Shown: positions 57,101-58,306 of the stretch, piece by piece
Numbering within the stretch: position 1 is the stretch's first letter
Layout: every line of letters begins with the position of its first letter
Source of the DNA: Flavobacteriaceae bacterium
GTDB taxonomy: Bacteria > Bacteroidota > Bacteroidia > Flavobacteriales > Flavobacteriaceae
NCBI GenBank assembly: GCA_965661025.1
Contig: CBFICG010000001.1
Location: 1-58,306, forward strand
Direction of reading: 5' to 3'
DNA length: 58,306 bases
Made by a program: the position numbers and the translations under genes
The notes under the pieces: generated by a model
What the model saw: the letters and a program-made list of their open reading frames with translations, nothing else
Databases searched by the model: none
Told to the model about the DNA's origin: nothing

Positions 57101-58306
57101 GCTACGGGTGGAAGTCCACTTGCAGACAATACTGTGTTAGCACACAACACCCCCTATTTTGCAGCTTCTGTAGTAAACGGATGTGTTGGCGAGTTACGTA
57201 GCGAAACCAAAGTAGTGGTCAATGACCCTATAGTAAGTACCGTTTCTGGAAATACTACTTTCTGCGCGCAGGAATCCATCACACTTTCGATAGATACAAA
57301 CAAAATTTTACCCTCGCCAGACGATTTTGCTCGTATCAATAATTTAGTTTACATAGAAAATGCTCAGGGTCCTGTGCAATACGACAACGGGTATTACTAC
57401 ACCCAACAAGGGATAAAAAGTGGTGTGCAACCCATTACATGGCCTGAAGCTAAAGCGCTTGGAGAATCAATCGTTGGAGCTACAATGTATATCATTAATG
57501 ATACTACAGAGGAAGAAGCTGTATATCAAGGGCTTCAGCAAATGGGGCTTACAGGAAGTGATAGTATTGCATTTTGGTTGGGATTGTTTCAAGACCAAAG
57601 CGCAAGTGATTATAGTGAACCTGACGGGGGTTGGTATTGGGTAGATGGCACTCCACTTGACTACAAAAACTGGTGGAGTGGAGAGCCAAATGATTATCCT
57701 TCAGATTCAAACAATGGAGAAGAAGACTACGGTCAATTTGAATTTGGTAATAACGGTAAATTCTGGAATGATATGAGCCTTACTACAGCTGAAGGACAAT
57801 CTTACCCGCTATTTGAATACAAGGCCCAAACTCAAATTGAATGGTTTACACTAAAAAATGGGGTTTCCACACCCATAGCGGGAGCTACAAATAGCAGCCA
57901 ATTAGAGGTAAGCTTAACAGAAACAACCGAATTCTTTGTGCGCGTCACCACCAACAGTGTCGTTTGTGACTCCGAGCCATTTACCATATCAATTATTCCG
58001 TTACCAACTGCCAATGCCGTTACAAATCCAATTGAAATTTGCGTTGATAATAATAATGGTGCCATTGCATTGGCAGATTTAATAGGTGATTTTGACTTAA
58101 CCCTTGTAGAGGAAACCATTCTTGGAAGTCAAAGTGATACAAATCATATCGTTGCGTATTATACGACTCCTGGTGGCGCTGAAAATGAAGTTTCTGCGGC
58201 AAAAATTCTTACGCCCGACGCATACGCCAATACATCAAATCCGCAAACTATTTATTATCGCGTAACCAATACAGATACAAATTGTGTTAGTGAGGTGGCT
58301 GAATTA
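54170..58306 (+). CDS. Giant cell-surface adhesin, 3' partial (at least 1379 codons); likely a T9SS substrate with Ca-binding Asp repeats, Ig-like modules and a C-type lectin domain
   Basis: I translated the frame from ATG 54170 through to nt 58306 by hand and found no stop. It is missing from the ORF track because no stop lies in the window. The signal peptide is MRLNAIKFILVFVLSTWATNAVYG-Q. All minus-strand ORFs listed in 54477..58202 are antisense to it. Confidence 0.85.
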   Translation, partial: MRLNAIKFILVFVLSTWATNAVYGQLSKVHYIPPISISQEVGNNTPQEQWIYISTPSKSSVSYTITPIGSTSADFVVSNTRPMKHDVLSFASGGSGYDSQLIVSSNIGGSIGETGVALYDKGFLIEAEQPIYVSVRLASSAQAGALVSKGENGLGQEFLLGSFDNNVSNSNGLANFFSFLATEDDTDITITFPKTVSLENHSGSYPVEVKLNKNASYVGFLDVSSLAGNKDGLLGAKITSNKPIVVNTGSASGTNSFGGGRDFGIDQILDTRFAGEEYIFVRGDGSDAWENVMLIPTESGTSIEINNNAAIPITNSYYIIEGDKYIGQSMYVKSDKPIVAYQSIGAQFGYEPNQGMFYVPPLSCSSRGDVDNIPLIDEIGTGGWYGKISIVAKTGSQVYVNSTLMSGGTPVQANNEYSTYVIDNLSDSTYSVQSDDELYVSYYSYSGAASSGSFFSGFVTEPLIQSDITASLLGTCVNEDGTSNSLLTTTSGFDSYTWEKLVDETTDSHNVESNAKDFEPTSPGKYRLIGTLNCFPDKQYVSDYITVSLCPSDFDSDGIPDTIDLDTDNDGILNSFESLGNGTIDLSDPLKPLISLPNNPSNSIESSAVITPTGASIYGSPTGEFSSEIQFTGIDEKTTYTLNSIIPSNEPFNIRIREVGGVVDNEFETITLTVSPATENITLIDPGERLLVDNGGGFKRVPSGGVSGNQIKFIYNSTPLDASRPYEILGVNITGVELFHELSASATKNALLNLQIDIIDYRLDTDGDGDIDAYDNDSDDDNCSDMIEAGHGQLTEVVNAFYDSNNPDANIDIRGRFVFNDYTYLQIPLDNDNNSIFDFQEAGTPATLSKNFATTSAVRCEGESLTLTLETTDSDSVLWEVDTDADGIFEPAAPLGTISDNGEVYEFKIDNVTTALDQAVFRARLSKNTYACTTDTDLFTLTVNDNTTKPNLEPLTVVCYGATVGDLNVPNVVWYAAATGGSPLADNTVLAHNTPYFAASVVNGCVGELRSETKVVVNDPIVSTVSGNTTFCAQESITLSIDTNKILPSPDDFARINNLVYIENAQGPVQYDNGYYYTQQGIKSGVQPITWPEAKALGESIVGATMYIINDTTEEEAVYQGLQQMGLTGSDSIAFWLGLFQDQSASDYSEPDGGWYWVDGTPLDYKNWWSGEPNDYPSDSNNGEEDYGQFEFGNNGKFWNDMSLTTAEGQSYPLFEYKAQTQIEWFTLKNGVSTPIAGATNSSQLEVSLTETTEFFVRVTTNSVVCDSEPFTISIIPLPTANAVTNPIEICVDNNNGAIALADLIGDFDLTLVEETILGSQSDTNHIVAYYTTPGGAENEVSAAKILTPDAYANTSNPQTIYYRVTNTDTNCVSEVAEL
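55823..55891 (+). other. Thrombospondin-type-3-like Ca2+-binding Asp repeat (first of two)
   Basis: SDFDSDGIPDTIDLDTDNDGILN, a DxDxDG-type repeat. Confidence 0.6.
56459..56524 (+). other. Second Asp-rich Ca2+-binding repeat
   Basis: DTDGDGDIDAYDNDSDDDNCSD. Confidence 0.6.
57392..57823 (+). other. C-type lectin-like domain inside the adhesin, cysteine-free, with EPN and WND motifs
   Basis: ITWPEAKAL, FWLGL (the WIGL motif), GGWYWVDGTPLDYKNW, GEPND (EPN at 57683..57691), EEDYG, and FWND (WND at 57764..57772). Confidence 0.75.

Noticed and set aside
54477-58202. Seven minus-strand ORFs (60 to 110 aa) listed by the track in the last 4 kb
   Set aside because: All lie antisense to one continuous plus-strand reading frame of 1379 codons with a signal peptide and recognisable domains. 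The track omitted that frame only because it lacks a stop in the window.
1-58306. Search for tRNA, rRNA, CRISPR arrays, IS elements, integrases or prophage genes
   Set aside because: No intergenic gap exceeds about 205 nt, no spaced direct-repeat arrays were seen, and no transposase or integrase-like translations appear in any frame of the ORF track.

Overview
The window reads as a densely packed chromosomal segment of a Bacteroidota genome, most likely Flavobacteriia. Taxon markers are the gldH gliding lipoprotein, a PorP/SprF type IX secretion gene, a MoxR-DUF58-BatABCDE operon, TAnnTTTG-type -7 promoter motifs and AT-rich leaders without Shine-Dalgarno sequences. About 60 protein genes are supported and most are housekeeping: class Ia ribonucleotide reductase nrdAB, pheS, trpS, recA, gmk, nadD, gpsA, PBP1A and PiT. 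Two large organised loci stand out. One is a near-complete heme pathway split into divergent operons: AraC-hemH-hemJ-histidine kinase on the minus strand and hemA-C-D-E-F-B on the plus strand. The other is an eight-gene, translationally coupled MoxR/vWA (Bat) operon. I see no rRNA, tRNA, CRISPR array, IS element, integrase or obvious defence island. The items most worth a second look are listed here. (1) An ORF of at least 1379 codons runs off the 3' edge and is absent from the supplied ORF track. It encodes a giant surface adhesin, sits divergent to PorP/SprF, and carries a cysteine-free C-type lectin domain with intact EPN and WND sugar/Ca2+ motifs. (2) A solitary AlbA_2/Schlafen-like protein has an unrecognised C-terminal half and is preceded by a perfect 10-bp palindrome that overlaps its likely -7 box. 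(3) Two genes appear frameshifted: dprA, and the BatD/DUF4381-like gene at an A9 tract. (4) An orphan sensor kinase is tightly coupled to hemJ. (5) Three unrelated secreted nuclease folds occur within 13 kb. I cannot show from sequence alone that any of these is a new multi-gene system, so all functional calls rest on motif recognition by eye rather than database searches.
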